Positions 14,199 to 25,404 are shown, counted from the stretch's first letter. The stretch: DNA of 64,000 bases from an uncultured candidatus Brocadiaceae bacterium (GCA_964521715.1 CAZFSS010000015.1:10060-74059); one strand, 5' to 3'. Notes: generated from the letters alone by a model not told the origin. Translations and numbers: made by a program.

Positions 14199-16606
14199 AC
14201 ACCGCAAAGCAGACGCCGGTCGTCCTCGTCGCGTTGGCGCTGGCAGCCGTCCAGCTATGGTGGCCCGCCGTCAGGGCCTGCCGGGCCGAGCCCGACGTGG
14301 GCGCGCTGGAGGCCGAGCAGGTCCAGGAAGAGGAGGCGCAGAGGGAGGCCGTGCAAAGGGCCAGGGAGATGGCGTCTCAGCTCTTCTACGACGTGCGCCT
14401 CACCTTCACGGACTTCCAGCCGAGCACCGTTCGCGAGATCGAGCAGCACTTCGCTTACGGTTGGGTCAACAACCTGGCGATGCGGCTGGCGATCGACAAG
14501 CGCACCGTGACGCTTGACGCTATGCTGGTCGATCCCGAACAGGGCCTGTTCGTCATGGCCGACCCGGACATCAACCTGGACTCCGTGGCATCCCTTGAGC
14601 TGGTCACGGACTCGGGCGAGACGCATCCCGTCGAGGTAGTCGGCCTATACCCCCAGCAGAGCGCCTGGCTGCTGCAAGCCTCGGGCCTGAAGCTTCAGGT
14701 GACGATGCCCCGTTTCGCAGCGGACGCGGTGCAGGACGGCCAGAAGGTGCTGCTGACGGACGTGACACGATTCGCCGGGCGGAAAGACGTCAGGGTCCGG
14801 GCGCTCACCCTGAACAGCTACCTGACCCACGGGGACGAGCTGGAGATGTTCCCCCTTGGCCGGGGCGGCGTGGAGCAGCTCCAGGGCGACGAGTGGCCGG
14901 TGAGCAACTGGCTGCTGTTCGACAGGGAGGGCCAGGTGGCTGCCATCGTCGTCTGGCCCGTCCTGATCCGGATGGGGGACCGGGCGAATTACTTCGCCGG
15001 CTGGCCGACGCCTGCGGATGCCCTGTCGATGGGCGCGCTTCGCGAGACGATCACGGGCGCGGTCAGGGAGGTGGACCGCTGGACGCGCGGCGTGAAGTTC
15101 CATTTCCGCCAGGAGGAGCAGGCCGGCCGCCCATCCTACTACGCGCGCAGCGGCGGCCGCGAGGACGTGCCCGAGGACGAATGGATCACCTACGGCCTGT
15201 CGGTGAGCGCCGACCTGATCTTCGTTCCCTATGAGCTGGACCGGGAAAGGATCGAGAGGATCGAGCGCGTCGAGGTGCTGACGGATCACGGGCCGGTGCC
15301 GGCGGAGTTCGCCGGCGCGTTCGAGGAGTTCGGGGGCATGCTCGTGGCGCCGTCCGAGCCGATGGACTTCGTGCCGGACCTCTATGAGTCCAGGCCGATC
15401 GACGACCTGACCGTATTCGTGGACGTGTCCGTCAAGCACCGCTTCGGGTCAAAGGACGCGCTGCCCAAGTACAACCGCTTCTTTGGCACGCAGAAGGGCT
15501 ACAAAGACAGGGCATTCCGCGATCCGGAGCGTCCGCTGCTGGCCGGATCGTTTGTGCTTACGCAGGACGGGCGCCTGTATGGCTTTGCCACCTATGAGAA
15601 GCGCTACGAGAGCGTGGCCGAACAGGAAGCGCTTCGTTTCCGGGCGGGCTACGGCTCTTCCGTTGCCTACTACGCCGCAGGGGGGGAAGACGTCCGCTGC
15701 TTCAGCTTTGCCGATGCGAAAGAGCAGTTCCAGAATCCCCAGCGGCACCTCGACCCCCGCATCAAGGTGAAGAGGATGCAGGAGCGGAAGGAATTGGCAT
15801 GGCTGGGCGTGGAGTTCCAGGCCATAACGCCCGAGCTGGCCAAGGAACTGGACGTCGAGAAGGAGACGCGGGATGGGCTCTACGGCTTGCTTGTGAACCT
15901 CGTGTACGACGACTCGCCGGCCCAGAGGTTGGGCATTGAGCCTGGCGACGTGCTGCTGAAAGTCCAGGAGAAGGGCAAGGCGGGCGAGCATCTGCTCCGC
16001 GCCGAGGCGGACCGCTACTACCGGGGCAGCCTGGACAGCCTCCGGTACGCGAGTTCCCTGCCCGCTAGCGCGTCCCTCGCTGCCCGCGGCTGGTTCAACA
16101 GAAGGAACTTCCTGACGGAGCTGCTGACCGGTCTCGGCGTCGGCACGGACCTCATCCTGACCTTCAGCCACGGGCATGAGGTGAGGACCGCCGAGTTCAC
16201 GATCGAGAAGGCTCCCCCGGACCTCAGCAGCGCCGAGAAGTACAAGAGCGTATCTACCGGCCTCACCGCCAAGGACGTCACATACGAGGTGCGACGCATC
16301 CTGAGGCTGCCCGCAGGATTCGCGGGGGTCATCGTCTACGAGGTAGAGCCCGGTTCCGCGGCAGCCGTCGGTCAGATCACGCCCATGGAGTTCATCGAGG
16401 AGATCAACGGCAGGCCGGTGCCCGACATCGGGGCGTTCCAGGCCATCCTCGAGCAACTCGCGGCCAGCGGGGCCCGGTCGGCGACGCTCAAGGTGCGCAA
16501 CCTCGACCAGTCTCGCTTCGTCGAGGTCCAGCTCGAACAGCCGCGCGAGGGGCAACGGGCTTCGGAGCAATTGCCCCAAAGCGTCCCGGGACTGGTGCCC
16601 GAGTGA
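14195..16606 (+). CDS. Exported 803-aa protein with C-terminal PDZ domains
   Basis: Signal-peptide-like N-terminus; WLGVEFQ...GIEPGDVLLKV and GVIVYEVEPGSAA...IEEING; GTGA overlap with the protease stop. Confidence 0.8.
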   Translation: MNTAKQTPVVLVALALAAVQLWWPAVRACRAEPDVGALEAEQVQEEEAQREAVQRAREMASQLFYDVRLTFTDFQPSTVREIEQHFAYGWVNNLAMRLAIDKRTVTLDAMLVDPEQGLFVMADPDINLDSVASLELVTDSGETHPVEVVGLYPQQSAWLLQASGLKLQVTMPRFAADAVQDGQKVLLTDVTRFAGRKDVRVRALTLNSYLTHGDELEMFPLGRGGVEQLQGDEWPVSNWLLFDREGQVAAIVVWPVLIRMGDRANYFAGWPTPADALSMGALRETITGAVREVDRWTRGVKFHFRQEEQAGRPSYYARSGGREDVPEDEWITYGLSVSADLIFVPYELDRERIERIERVEVLTDHGPVPAEFAGAFEEFGGMLVAPSEPMDFVPDLYESRPIDDLTVFVDVSVKHRFGSKDALPKYNRFFGTQKGYKDRAFRDPERPLLAGSFVLTQDGRLYGFATYEKRYESVAEQEALRFRAGYGSSVAYYAAGGEDVRCFSFADAKEQFQNPQRHLDPRIKVKRMQERKELAWLGVEFQAITPELAKELDVEKETRDGLYGLLVNLVYDDSPAQRLGIEPGDVLLKVQEKGKAGEHLLRAEADRYYRGSLDSLRYASSLPASASLAARGWFNRRNFLTELLTGLGVGTDLILTFSHGHEVRTAEFTIEKAPPDLSSAEKYKSVSTGLTAKDVTYEVRRILRLPAGFAGVIVYEVEPGSAAAVGQITPMEFIEEINGRPVPDIGAFQAILEQLAASGARSATLKVRNLDQSRFVEVQLEQPREGQRASEQLPQSVPGLVPE

Positions 16607-16620
16607 GCGGCGGGCCTCCG

Positions 16621-17118
16621 TCAGCCGGCCCCCAGGCCTCTCAGCTCATCGCTGAGCAACCTGATGTGGCTCATCTCCTCGCGGATGATCGTCTCCACGT
16701 CGGACCTGCCGAGGCGCTCCGGAACGGCATCCCGGATGCCCAGGTAGTACACGACGGAATCCTTTTCGAGCTGGATCGCCGCCTGGAGCACTTCGCGGCT
16801 GTCCGCCATCTCCGCCACGGCCCGGGGCTGCATGCGGTAGACGTTGAAGACCTGCGTGTCGGCGGCCGCCCGCAGATACAGCCCGACTTCGTCATTGGGG
16901 TCAAACAGAATCTCGGGGGCGGCTTCGCCGGAGAGCTTCCCCTGCATCTTCGCGAACGTACGCTCGTGATCCGCTTCCATCTGGGCCAGCTTGAGGAGCA
17001 AGTCCCTCAGGCGGCCGTCCCGGCTCTTCTTGGCGGCTTCCCGGTAGAACCGCTGACCGTTCCGCTCGATCTGGACCGCCATCTCGAACACTTCGTAAGC
17101 GCTGAAACTCGCAGCCAT
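16621..17118 (-). CDS. Ferritin-like/rubrerythrin family protein
   Basis: AVQIERNG..FY, EADH, LEKDSVVYY, EEMSH. Confidence 0.88.
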   Translation of the reverse strand: MAASFSAYEVFEMAVQIERNGQRFYREAAKKSRDGRLRDLLLKLAQMEADHERTFAKMQGKLSGEAAPEILFDPNDEVGLYLRAAADTQVFNVYRMQPRAVAEMADSREVLQAAIQLEKDSVVYYLGIRDAVPERLGRSDVETIIREEMSHIRLLSDELRGLGAG

Positions 17119-17278
17119 CTGAGAGATCCCCTCCAGGAGGCAAGCGCGCACGTCTTCGGCGCGGCCGGCCCGCCTGGCGGGCGCGATGCCGTACGGCCGC
17201 TTTGACTCATGCGCGAAGAGGCACCCCCTCACTTATAGCCCGGCTGGCGCAAGCGTTCAAACGCCCGGAGGGCGCGGG

Positions 17279-20200
17279 TCACGGCTCCTCTTGCGCCGCG
17301 CCTTCTTCGGGCGCCGGCCGGCGTATGCCCCAGAGGCGCAGCATCTTGTCGTTGGAGCCGGTCGCCAGTAGCCGTCCGTCAGGGCTGAACGCCACGGCCG
17401 TGACCCAGTGGCCGTGCGCCGGCAGGCTGCGCAGCTGCGCCTTGGTCCGGAAGTCCCACAGCGTAACCGTCCTGTCCCGGCCACCGATCGCCAGCAGCCT
17501 GCCGTCGGGCGAGAATGCCAGCGCCAGGGCCGATTCCCCGACCGGCAGGGAGCCCTGGTCCCAGTCCGGCTCATTCGACAGCTTCCACAGTCGGACCTTC
17601 CGGCCGCCCATCCCGGTGTAGGACGTGACCAGCCCGCGGCTGTCCGGAGAGACCGCCAGCATGGCTGGCATGCGCGACCATTCGATCTTGCGCATCAGTT
17701 GGCCGTCCGAGGTGGACCACAAGCCCACGCAGCCCGGCTCGACTGCGGCCGCAAGCCACCGTCCGTCGGGCGAGAACGCAGCCGGCCGCTTGCCCTCGAT
17801 GGGCCCGAGACCCGCGGGCTGCCCCGCTATCGGATCCCACAGGCAGACGTGATACGCGTCGGCCGAGACGAGCAGCGTGCCGTCAGGGGAGAAGCCCAGC
17901 GAGCTGATCCGGCTGGCGTGGCCGCGCAGCTCGTGAAGGACGGTCCCGTCCTGGCGCAACCAGATGACCACGGAGCCGTCTTCGTGACCTGTGGCCAGCA
18001 GCCGGCCGTCCGGCGAGACGGCCACCGCCCTGACGTCGGACTGGCGGCTGAAGCTCGCCAGCACTGCCCCGTCGGCCGGGTCGTGCAGCGTGACGATGCC
18101 GTCCGTCGCGCCGACCGCCACGAAGCTGCCGTCCGGGGCGAACGCGACGGACTTGACGGGTCCGCCGTGCTCGCACCCCGGGCAGACCGGCGCCAGGTTC
18201 TCCAGCGTCTCCCTCCTGATGACGGAGTCGAGCTCCCGGTGCAGTTCGGGCAGTTTGCCCCGCCACGCTTCAGCGTCCTGCACCTGTCCGGCTTGTAGAA
18301 GCTGCTGCGCCGAACCCAGGATCTGTTCGGCCCGCTCCCAGCTAAGGGCGTCCATGGCGCGCGCGAAGGCGCGCTCATGCTGGCGCAGGTAATGCCCGTC
18401 CGGCGCCGCCGACAGCTCCGCCAGAAGCTCTCGGGCGTCGGGGGCGTAGGGGCTCTCGGGCAGGAGCTCGATGAACCGCCGTATCCTGTCCAGCGTCTCG
18501 GACCGCGTGTAAGCGGCGTCCACAGCGTCCTGCAGGTCCTGCCAGCAGTAGCGGTCGAAGTCCGGCTCGACCTGGGCGGCCTGCTCGCTCAGGTCGTCGT
18601 AGGGGAGGTCGGGCGCAAGGGCGGCCAGGCGCCGTGCCTCGTCCCCGGCCTCTGCGTAGCGCTGATCCCTCACGCCGGCCGCGAACGCCTCCTGTCCCGC
18701 CGTCACGGTGTCCTCGGCCGCCTGGCGAACGGCGTCGGGCAGGCCGGCCACGCCGGCTTCATCCGGCATGAACTGGCCGGCCATCTCCGCCAGCCAGCTC
18801 GCCTTCTGCCACTGCCCCTCAACGATGAGCTGCTGGACCTTTTCGGCGGCCCTTTTGGCGTCGCCCATTATCTTGTCGAGTTCCTGGCGCTCCGTCTCGA
18901 GCTGCTGGGCCACCTGGGTGTGCTGTTCGACGAGCCTGCCGGTTCTCTTCGTGAAGATCACGGTAAGGGCCGCAACGACGATGGCGGCCAGGACGATGGG
19001 GATCAGGACCCTTCGATTGCGCCACGCCCAGCGGTTCAGCCTGTAGCCGAGGGTGGCGGGACGAGCGCTGATGGGCCGCCCGGCCAGGAAGCTCTCCAGG
19101 TCGCGTGTCAGCGCCTCCGCGCTCTGGTAGCGCAGCACCTTGTCCTTCTGGATGGCCTTCAGGAGGATGATCTCCAGGTCGCGGGGCAGGTTGGGGTGCA
19201 GTGCGGACGGCCTCAAGGGCGCGGCCTCGCGCAAGAGCTCCAGCACTCCCAGCCCGTGCGCGTGCTCGATCGGGTAGGGCAGGACGCCGACCAGAAGCTC
19301 ATACAGGATCACGCCGAGCGCGTAGACGTCGGTGCGTTCGTCCACGTCTTTGGGCCGCCCGAGGGCCTGCTCGGGGCTCATGTAGCGGGGAGTGCCCATC
19401 AGTTCGCCCGTCACGGTCAGGCCCGCCGCACCCTCCTCACCCTCTACCGACGTGCGTGAAAGCCCGAAGTCGAGTATGCGCGGCCGGTTCAGGCCGTCCA
19501 CCATGATGTTGCCCGGCTTCAGGTCGCGGTGGATCACGCCGTGCTCGTGCGCGTAGTGGACTGCGTCGCACACGCGCACCATGAGCCGGCAGATCTCCTG
19601 TCGGCTCAGCTCGTTCCGTCGCACGTAGGTGAGCAGGTCGACCCCCTCGACGAACTCCATCGTGAAGTAGGGCTGGCTGCCCGCTTCGCCGTACTCATAG
19701 ACCGGCACGATGGCCGGATGCTTGAGCATGGCCACCGCCTGCGCTTCGCGCTCGAAGCGCTGGCGATGCCTGCTCGAGGCAAACGCGCCGCCCAGCATCA
19801 GCTTGAGGGCCACGTCGCGCGACGGGCGCCGCTGATGGGCCCTGTAGACCGCGCCCATCCCTCCGCGGCCCAAGAAGCCGACTATGTCGTAGCTGTCCTG
19901 GAATTGGGCCTGCATCCACTTCAGGTCGGCCATCTGGGCCTCGGTGGCCTGGGGTTGGGGGCCCTCGGGTGACGTCTTGGCCGTGTGGACGTCCACGGCC
20001 GGGGGCCCGGACCCCGGCCCGGCTTGCTCCAGGTCCATGGACGTGCCGCACTCGGGGCAGACGAATCTCTGCTGGTCGGCGGGAACCGTGAACTCCTTGC
20101 CGCACTGCCTGCAATTGACGCGGAGCTTCGCAGCGCGGACCGTGCGGGCCTCGGGGGCAAAGACGGGGGCCCGGCCCCCTTCGGCGAGGGTCTCGGCCTC

Positions 20201-20302
20201 GGCGTCTACGGCAAACGACTTCCCGCAGGATTCACATGACACCGTGGCCGAGCCGGCCGGGACCTGCAGCACCGAGCGACAATGGGGGCATACGACATAC
20301 AC
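17279..20302 (-). CDS. Ser/Thr protein kinase: Zn-ribbons, kinase, TM, WD40
   Basis: CPHC/CESC/CRQC/CPEC; GRGGMG, HRDLKP, DFG, GTPRYMSPEQ; TM segment; repeated AFSPDG WD40 units. Confidence 0.93.
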   Translation of the reverse strand: MYVVCPHCRSVLQVPAGSATVSCESCGKSFAVDAEAETLAEGGRAPVFAPEARTVRAAKLRVNCRQCGKEFTVPADQQRFVCPECGTSMDLEQAGPGSGPPAVDVHTAKTSPEGPQPQATEAQMADLKWMQAQFQDSYDIVGFLGRGGMGAVYRAHQRRPSRDVALKLMLGGAFASSRHRQRFEREAQAVAMLKHPAIVPVYEYGEAGSQPYFTMEFVEGVDLLTYVRRNELSRQEICRLMVRVCDAVHYAHEHGVIHRDLKPGNIMVDGLNRPRILDFGLSRTSVEGEEGAAGLTVTGELMGTPRYMSPEQALGRPKDVDERTDVYALGVILYELLVGVLPYPIEHAHGLGVLELLREAAPLRPSALHPNLPRDLEIILLKAIQKDKVLRYQSAEALTRDLESFLAGRPISARPATLGYRLNRWAWRNRRVLIPIVLAAIVVAALTVIFTKRTGRLVEQHTQVAQQLETERQELDKIMGDAKRAAEKVQQLIVEGQWQKASWLAEMAGQFMPDEAGVAGLPDAVRQAAEDTVTAGQEAFAAGVRDQRYAEAGDEARRLAALAPDLPYDDLSEQAAQVEPDFDRYCWQDLQDAVDAAYTRSETLDRIRRFIELLPESPYAPDARELLAELSAAPDGHYLRQHERAFARAMDALSWERAEQILGSAQQLLQAGQVQDAEAWRGKLPELHRELDSVIRRETLENLAPVCPGCEHGGPVKSVAFAPDGSFVAVGATDGIVTLHDPADGAVLASFSRQSDVRAVAVSPDGRLLATGHEDGSVVIWLRQDGTVLHELRGHASRISSLGFSPDGTLLVSADAYHVCLWDPIAGQPAGLGPIEGKRPAAFSPDGRWLAAAVEPGCVGLWSTSDGQLMRKIEWSRMPAMLAVSPDSRGLVTSYTGMGGRKVRLWKLSNEPDWDQGSLPVGESALALAFSPDGRLLAIGGRDRTVTLWDFRTKAQLRSLPAHGHWVTAVAFSPDGRLLATGSNDKMLRLWGIRRPAPEEGAAQEEP

Positions 20303-20422
20303 CGGTCAGTCTCGCGATGTCTGCGGCGCGCCTATTTGAAGGAGGTCGGAAGCGCCGGGCAGATTATACCGCCCGGAACGCCCGCAGCGCCACAAGGCAG
20401 CCCGGCCCGCCCCCGCCTGCTC

Positions 20423-21229
20423 TTACGGCACACTCTTGGCGGCGGCCGCCATCTGCCGGATGAAGGAGAGCGCCACTTCGGCGGCGTCCGCCCCTTGCTC
20501 GGCCGCCCGGGCCATGCGCTTGACGATGGCACTGCCGACGATCACGCCGTCCGCCGCCCGCGCGACCGAGGCCGCCTGTTCGGGCGTCGAGACGCCGAAG
20601 CCGACCGCGACGGGGACGTCCGTCAGCGACTTCAGCTCCCGGATGTTTTGCACGAGGTCGGACGGGACCCCGGCCCGCTCCCCCGTGATGCCGCGGACCG
20701 AGATGTAATAGATGAACCCGCGCGCATGCTCGGCGACCATCGCGCGGCGCGGCTCCGTTGTGGCCGGCGTAACGAAGCAGATCAGGCGGAAGTCCCGGCC
20801 GTCAGCCACCCGGAAGAACGCAGCCGCTTCCTCAATGGGAAGGTCCGGCACCGTCGCCCCGTCCAGACCCGCCTTGAGGGCGCGGTCCAGGAATCCCTCG
20901 AAGCCCCACTTGAACACGATGCTGTACGAGACCATCGCCACGATGGGCAGCGTGCACGCCCTGCGCGCGGCCTCGACCATCTCCAGGACCTGCGCCACGG
21001 TCTGGCCCCTGGACAGCGCCCGCTGATAGGAGGCCTGGATGGTCGGGCCGTCCGCGATCGGGTCGGAGAAGGGGAACCCGAGCTCTATCAGGTCCGCCCC
21101 TGCGTCCGCCGCGTTCTCGAGCACCCGCCGCGTTGCCTCGAGGTCGGGGTCGCCGGCGGTCAGAAAGGGGATGAAGGCGGCCTTGTGCGAGTCCGCCAGG
21201 GCCCTGAAGCGGGCGTCAATGCGGTTCAT
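20423..21229 (-). CDS. trpA: Tryptophan synthase alpha
   Basis: [27 protein letters not shown]. Confidence 0.97.
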   Translation of the reverse strand: MNRIDARFRALADSHKAAFIPFLTAGDPDLEATRRVLENAADAGADLIELGFPFSDPIADGPTIQASYQRALSRGQTVAQVLEMVEAARRACTLPIVAMVSYSIVFKWGFEGFLDRALKAGLDGATVPDLPIEEAAAFFRVADGRDFRLICFVTPATTEPRRAMVAEHARGFIYYISVRGITGERAGVPSDLVQNIRELKSLTDVPVAVGFGVSTPEQAASVARAADGVIVGSAIVKRMARAAEQGADAAEVALSFIRQMAAAAKSVP

Positions 21230-22461
21230 GCGCGCCCTTCTCCCGCATCGTCGGAGTAGAGGCCCAGGATCTCGCCCACCTCGAACAGATCCTTATCGCC
21301 ACGGCCTGACATGCAGATCACGGTGATCTCGTCCGGCCCGGTGCGGTTGCCTTCCCTCATCAGCCAGGCCACGGCGTGTGCGCTCTCCAGCGCCGGGATG
21401 ATGCCCTCCGTCTCCGCGAAGAAGCGGAAGGCGTCGAGCGCCTCCTGGTCCGTGACCGAGTGGCACTCGAGCCTGCCGGTTGACTTCAGGTAGCTCAGCT
21501 CCGGCCCGACGCCGGGGTAATCGAGCCCCGGCGCCAGGGAGTGCACGGGGCTGGTCTGGCCGTCCTGGTCCTGGAGGACGTAGCTCTTGGAGCCGTGCAG
21601 GACGCCCGGCTGGCCCCGGCACAGGGTGGCTGCGTGCTCCCCCAGGGCGCTGCCCCGGCCGCCGGCCTCGACTGCGATCATGCGGACCGACTCGTCCCCC
21701 AGGAAGGGGTGGAACAGCCCCATGGAGTTGCTGCCGCCGCCGACGCACGCTACCAGGGCGTCGGGCAGCCGGTTCTCCTTCTCCAGCACCTGCCGGCGCG
21801 TCTCGCGCCCGATCACGGACTGGAAGTCGCGCACGATCATCGGGAAGGGATGAGGGCCCACCACGCTGCCCAGGATGTAGTGCGTCTCCTCGAAGGAAGC
21901 CATCCAGTCCCGCAACGCCTCGTTGGTTGCGTCTTTCAGCGTCCTGGCGCCCGTGTGCACGGGGACGACGCGGGTTCCGAGCAGGCGCATCTTGAGCACG
22001 TTCGGCTTCTGCCTGCGGATGTCCTCGTCGCCCATGTAGACGTCGCAGGGGAGGCCAAACATGGCGGCGGCGGTCGCCGTGGCCAGGCCGTGCTGGCCGG
22101 CGCCCGTCTCGGCGATGATGCGCTTCTTGCCCATGCGCAGGGCCAGCAGCGTCTGCCCGAGCGTGTTGTTGATCTTGTGGGCGCCGGTGTGGTTCAGGTC
22201 CTCGCGCTTGACGTAGACCTTCCCGCCTCGGAGCCGCCCGCCGAACCGCTCCGCCAGGTAAAGGGGAGTGGGCCGTCCCACGTATTCCCGCAGATAGTAG
22301 TCCAGCTCCCTCTGGAAGGCTTCGTCCTGCCTGGCTTCCTCATAGGCTTGCTCCAACTGCTGGAGCGCCGGCATCAGCGTTTCGGGGACGAACCTGCCGC
22401 CGAACTCGCCGAAGTAGCCCCGCGCGTCCGGGACGCGCGCTTTCCCCTTCGTCTTCGCCAT
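21226..22461 (-). CDS. trpB: Tryptophan synthase beta
   Basis: [27 protein letters not shown]; start MAKTK at 22461. Confidence 0.97.
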   Translation of the reverse strand: MAKTKGKARVPDARGYFGEFGGRFVPETLMPALQQLEQAYEEARQDEAFQRELDYYLREYVGRPTPLYLAERFGGRLRGGKVYVKREDLNHTGAHKINNTLGQTLLALRMGKKRIIAETGAGQHGLATATAAAMFGLPCDVYMGDEDIRRQKPNVLKMRLLGTRVVPVHTGARTLKDATNEALRDWMASFEETHYILGSVVGPHPFPMIVRDFQSVIGRETRRQVLEKENRLPDALVACVGGGSNSMGLFHPFLGDESVRMIAVEAGGRGSALGEHAATLCRGQPGVLHGSKSYVLQDQDGQTSPVHSLAPGLDYPGVGPELSYLKSTGRLECHSVTDQEALDAFRFFAETEGIIPALESAHAVAWLMREGNRTGPDEITVICMSGRGDKDLFEVGEILGLYSDDAGEGRA

Positions 22462-22548
22462 TGTGCAAAGGGCCTTCCAGTAGGCTTGTGCAGCCGCAGG
22501 CGGCCAGGACCGGTGAGGAAAGGGCAGAGAGCTCCCGCCGGAAAGCCC

Positions 22549-22578
22549 ATGATATGGCCCGTCGGCGCGGCGTGTCAA
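22549..22578 (-). promoter_or_regulatory. Promoter for trpBA
   Basis: TTGACA-18 nt-TATCAT on the minus strand. Confidence 0.5.
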
Positions 22579-22753
22579 CAGCAGGTCGGGCGCGGCCGCG
22601 CCGTGTCTGTTCGCGTATATGTGACTGACAGAGGTGGAGTTAGGGGTGCTCGTCGTGGGCCGACAGCCTTGACAGGCGTCCGAGCCATCAGGTACCTTCC
22701 CCGTGGCCGGACGGGAGGCCGCGCCGGCCGTCGGGCAGAATGCGGTGGGCTCT

Positions 22754-23947
22754 ATGCGCTACAGGTTCGTCAGTTTCTGCGGGCTGCTGGTGATGCTCGG
22801 CCTGGCCTACGCGCTGAGCGAGAAGCGCCGGGCCATCAAGCTGCGGCCCGTCGTGTGGGGGCTGGTGCTCCAGCTCGTCCTGGCCGTCTTCGTGCTGAAG
22901 ACGGGGCCCGGCGCGTGGCTGTTTGGGCGGGTGGACCGGCTGTTCGGCCGCATCCTGGCGTTTAGCACGGAGGGCGCCGGCCTGCTGTTCGGGGACCTGG
23001 CCGTTAGCGTTCCGACCTACGGGGCGCTGGTCGCCTTTCAGGTCTTGCCCGTGGTCATATTCGTCGCATCGCTTTCGGCGATCCTCTACCACCTGGGGAT
23101 CATGCAGGCGGTCGTTCGGGGCATGGCCCGGGTGATGCAGCGGACCATGCGCGTCTCGGGGGCCGAGGCCGTGGCGGCGGCGCTGCTTGTCTTCATGGGC
23201 ATTGAGTGCGTTGCGGCCATCGGGAAGTACGTGGGGCGCATGACCCGCTCGGAGATCTTCGTGGTCATGACGGCGTTTCTGGCCACGATCGCCAGCTCCG
23301 TGATGGCCGCTTACGTGAAGTTCGGCGCATCGGCCGGACACCTGCTGGCGGCCTCGCTGATGAGCGCCCCGGCCGCCATCGTCATCGCTAAGGTCATGGT
23401 GCCGGAGACGGAGGTCCCGCTGACGGCCGGCCGCGTCGAGTTCGAGCCGGAGGTCAAGACGTTGAACCTCGTCGACGCCGCTGCGAGCGGGGCCGCCGAC
23501 GGCGTCAACCTGGCCATCAACATCGGTGCCATGCTCATCGCGTTCGTGGCGCTGATCGCCCTGGTCAACTTCGTCCTGGACTGGGCCACCGGCTGCACGC
23601 TCCAGCAGTTGTTCGGCTATGCTTTCTCGGGATTCGCGGCCGTGATGGGCGTGCCGAGGGGCGAGTGGCTCCAGGTCGGCGAACTGCTGGGCATCAAGAC
23701 GGCGCTCAACGAGTTCCTGGCCTATCAGCGCATGCAGGGGATGGTCCTGAGCGAAAGGGCCAGGATCATAGCCACGTACGCGCTGTGCGGGTTCGCGAAC
23801 TTCGGCAGCGTCGCCATCCTGATAGGGGGCCTGAGCGGCGTCGCGCCGGGCCGGCGGGGCGAAGTGGCCGGCCTCGGCATCAAGGCGCTCATTGCGGGAA
23901 CCCTTGCCGCTTTTATGACGGCCTGCTACGCCGGCATGCTCGTGTGA
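22754..23947 (+). CDS. nupC: Concentrative nucleoside transporter (NupC/CNT)
   Basis: [33 protein letters not shown]. Confidence 0.92.
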   Translation: MRYRFVSFCGLLVMLGLAYALSEKRRAIKLRPVVWGLVLQLVLAVFVLKTGPGAWLFGRVDRLFGRILAFSTEGAGLLFGDLAVSVPTYGALVAFQVLPVVIFVASLSAILYHLGIMQAVVRGMARVMQRTMRVSGAEAVAAALLVFMGIECVAAIGKYVGRMTRSEIFVVMTAFLATIASSVMAAYVKFGASAGHLLAASLMSAPAAIVIAKVMVPETEVPLTAGRVEFEPEVKTLNLVDAAASGAADGVNLAINIGAMLIAFVALIALVNFVLDWATGCTLQQLFGYAFSGFAAVMGVPRGEWLQVGELLGIKTALNEFLAYQRMQGMVLSERARIIATYALCGFANFGSVAILIGGLSGVAPGRRGEVAGLGIKALIAGTLAAFMTACYAGMLV

Positions 23948-24062
23948 GGGCCTGCAGGCGGGGCGGGCTCCGGCGGCCGTCCGGCTGTCCAGAAACGAGC
24001 TCCGAGCGGGCCGGCATGTCCGGTTCCGGACCGAAAAACGGCCGCCTGCCGGCCGGAATCGC

Positions 24063-24090
24063 TTGACTTTCGTTTGGGATATGCTAGAAT
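24063..24090 (+). promoter_or_regulatory. S10 operon promoter
   Basis: TTGACT-16 nt-(TG)cTAGAAT. Confidence 0.65.
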
Positions 24091-24151
24091 CGTAGAATTC
24101 GTGCCTTCCGGACCATCTTGTCTCTCGCGTCCGCAATCAGTGAGAAAGCAT

Positions 24152-24460
24152 TTGGCTCAGGAACGCATACGGATTCGGATGGAAGCGTACGATCACCGCG
24201 TGCTCGACCGTTCGGCCAGGCAGATCGTGGAGACGGCCACCAGGACGGGCGCGAAGGTGAGCGGGCCCGTGCTGCTGCCGACGCACATCGAGCGCTACAC
24301 GGTGCTGCGGTCGCCGCACATCGACAAGCGGTCGCGGGAGCAGTTCGAGATTCGCACGCACAAGCGTCTCATTGACATAACGGAACCGACCGTCCACACG
24401 GTGGATGCCCTCAACAACCTGAAGGTGCCCGCCGGAGTGGAGATCAAGATCAAGGTGTGA
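24152..24460 (+). CDS. rpsJ: 30S protein S10
   Basis: TTG start; [28 protein letters not shown]. Confidence 0.97.
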   Translation: MAQERIRIRMEAYDHRVLDRSARQIVETATRTGAKVSGPVLLPTHIERYTVLRSPHIDKRSREQFEIRTHKRLIDITEPTVHTVDALNNLKVPAGVEIKIKV

Positions 24461-24722
24461 CAGGCTGCAGCCGTCAGCCGTTGCAGTTACGCTGTGAGGC
24501 ATGCCGCCGGGCCCGGGCTGACGGGTCGGAAGGTTCGTCCTCGTGGCGTGGGACGGCGTGCCCTCAATCAAATCCCGCGGGGCGTATGTTTTAATGCGTC
24601 TTCTCCCCAATCTAGGGCCCGGGGGATTTGTGCCTGCGTACGGCTGAATGGATGCGGTCTGAGCGTCCAGGCTGACTGATTCGGACATGTCGGCCAACGG
24701 CGGACCAAGGAACGAACGACTC

Positions 24723-25382
24723 ATGGTCAAAGCGCTGCTGGGCAAGAAGATCGGCATGACCCAGGTGTTCGACCCGTCGGGCAAGCGCCTGCCGGTGACG
24801 GTCCTGCGGGTCGGCCCCTGTACGGTCACGCAGGTGAAAACCGCCGAGACCGACTGCGTCCCCGCGGTGCAGATCGGCTTCGAGGAGCGGAAGCGGAAGA
24901 ACACGCGTCAGCCGCTGGCGGGCCACTTCGCCAAGGCCGGCACGTCGCCCAAGCGGATCCTCAGGGACGTGCAGCCGGACGGCGATCAGGTTCCCCAGCC
25001 GGGACAGCAGATCGGGCTGGAGGTCTTCGAGGGCGTGTCTCATGTGGACGTGACGGGCGTGAGCAAGGGACGCGGCTTTGCGGGCGTCGTCAAGCGACAC
25101 CACTTCTCCGGCGCTCCGGAGACGCACGGCGGACGCTTCGGCCGGCGCACCGGCTCAATCGGCAGCAGCACCGCTCCCGCGCGCGTCTGGAAAGGCAAGC
25201 GGATGGCGGGCCACATGGGCTGCGAGAAGGTCACCGTACGCAACCTCGAAGTCCTGAGGCTGGAGCCCGAACGGCACCTGATGCTCCTCAAGGGCTCCGT
25301 GGCCGGCAGCAACGGCAGTTACGTACTGGTCCGCAAAGCGGTTTCCCCGCCCCGCCGACCCAGCCGGCCCGACGAGGCTTAG
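24723..25382 (+). CDS. rplC: 50S protein L3
   Basis: GKKIGMTQVF, SKGRGFAG, KRMAGHMG. Confidence 0.97.
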   Translation: MVKALLGKKIGMTQVFDPSGKRLPVTVLRVGPCTVTQVKTAETDCVPAVQIGFEERKRKNTRQPLAGHFAKAGTSPKRILRDVQPDGDQVPQPGQQIGLEVFEGVSHVDVTGVSKGRGFAGVVKRHHFSGAPETHGGRFGRRTGSIGSSTAPARVWKGKRMAGHMGCEKVTVRNLEVLRLEPERHLMLLKGSVAGSNGSYVLVRKAVSPPRRPSRPDEA

Positions 25383-25404
25383 CATCGGACGGAATTGAGG
25401 CGTC

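Noticed and set aside
24461-24722. rpsJ-rplC spacer as tmRNA, and MITE interior (12508-12783) as SRP/6S RNA
   Set aside because: No tRNA-like ends or tag frame; no SRP helix-8 consensus; TIR plus TSD explain the latter better
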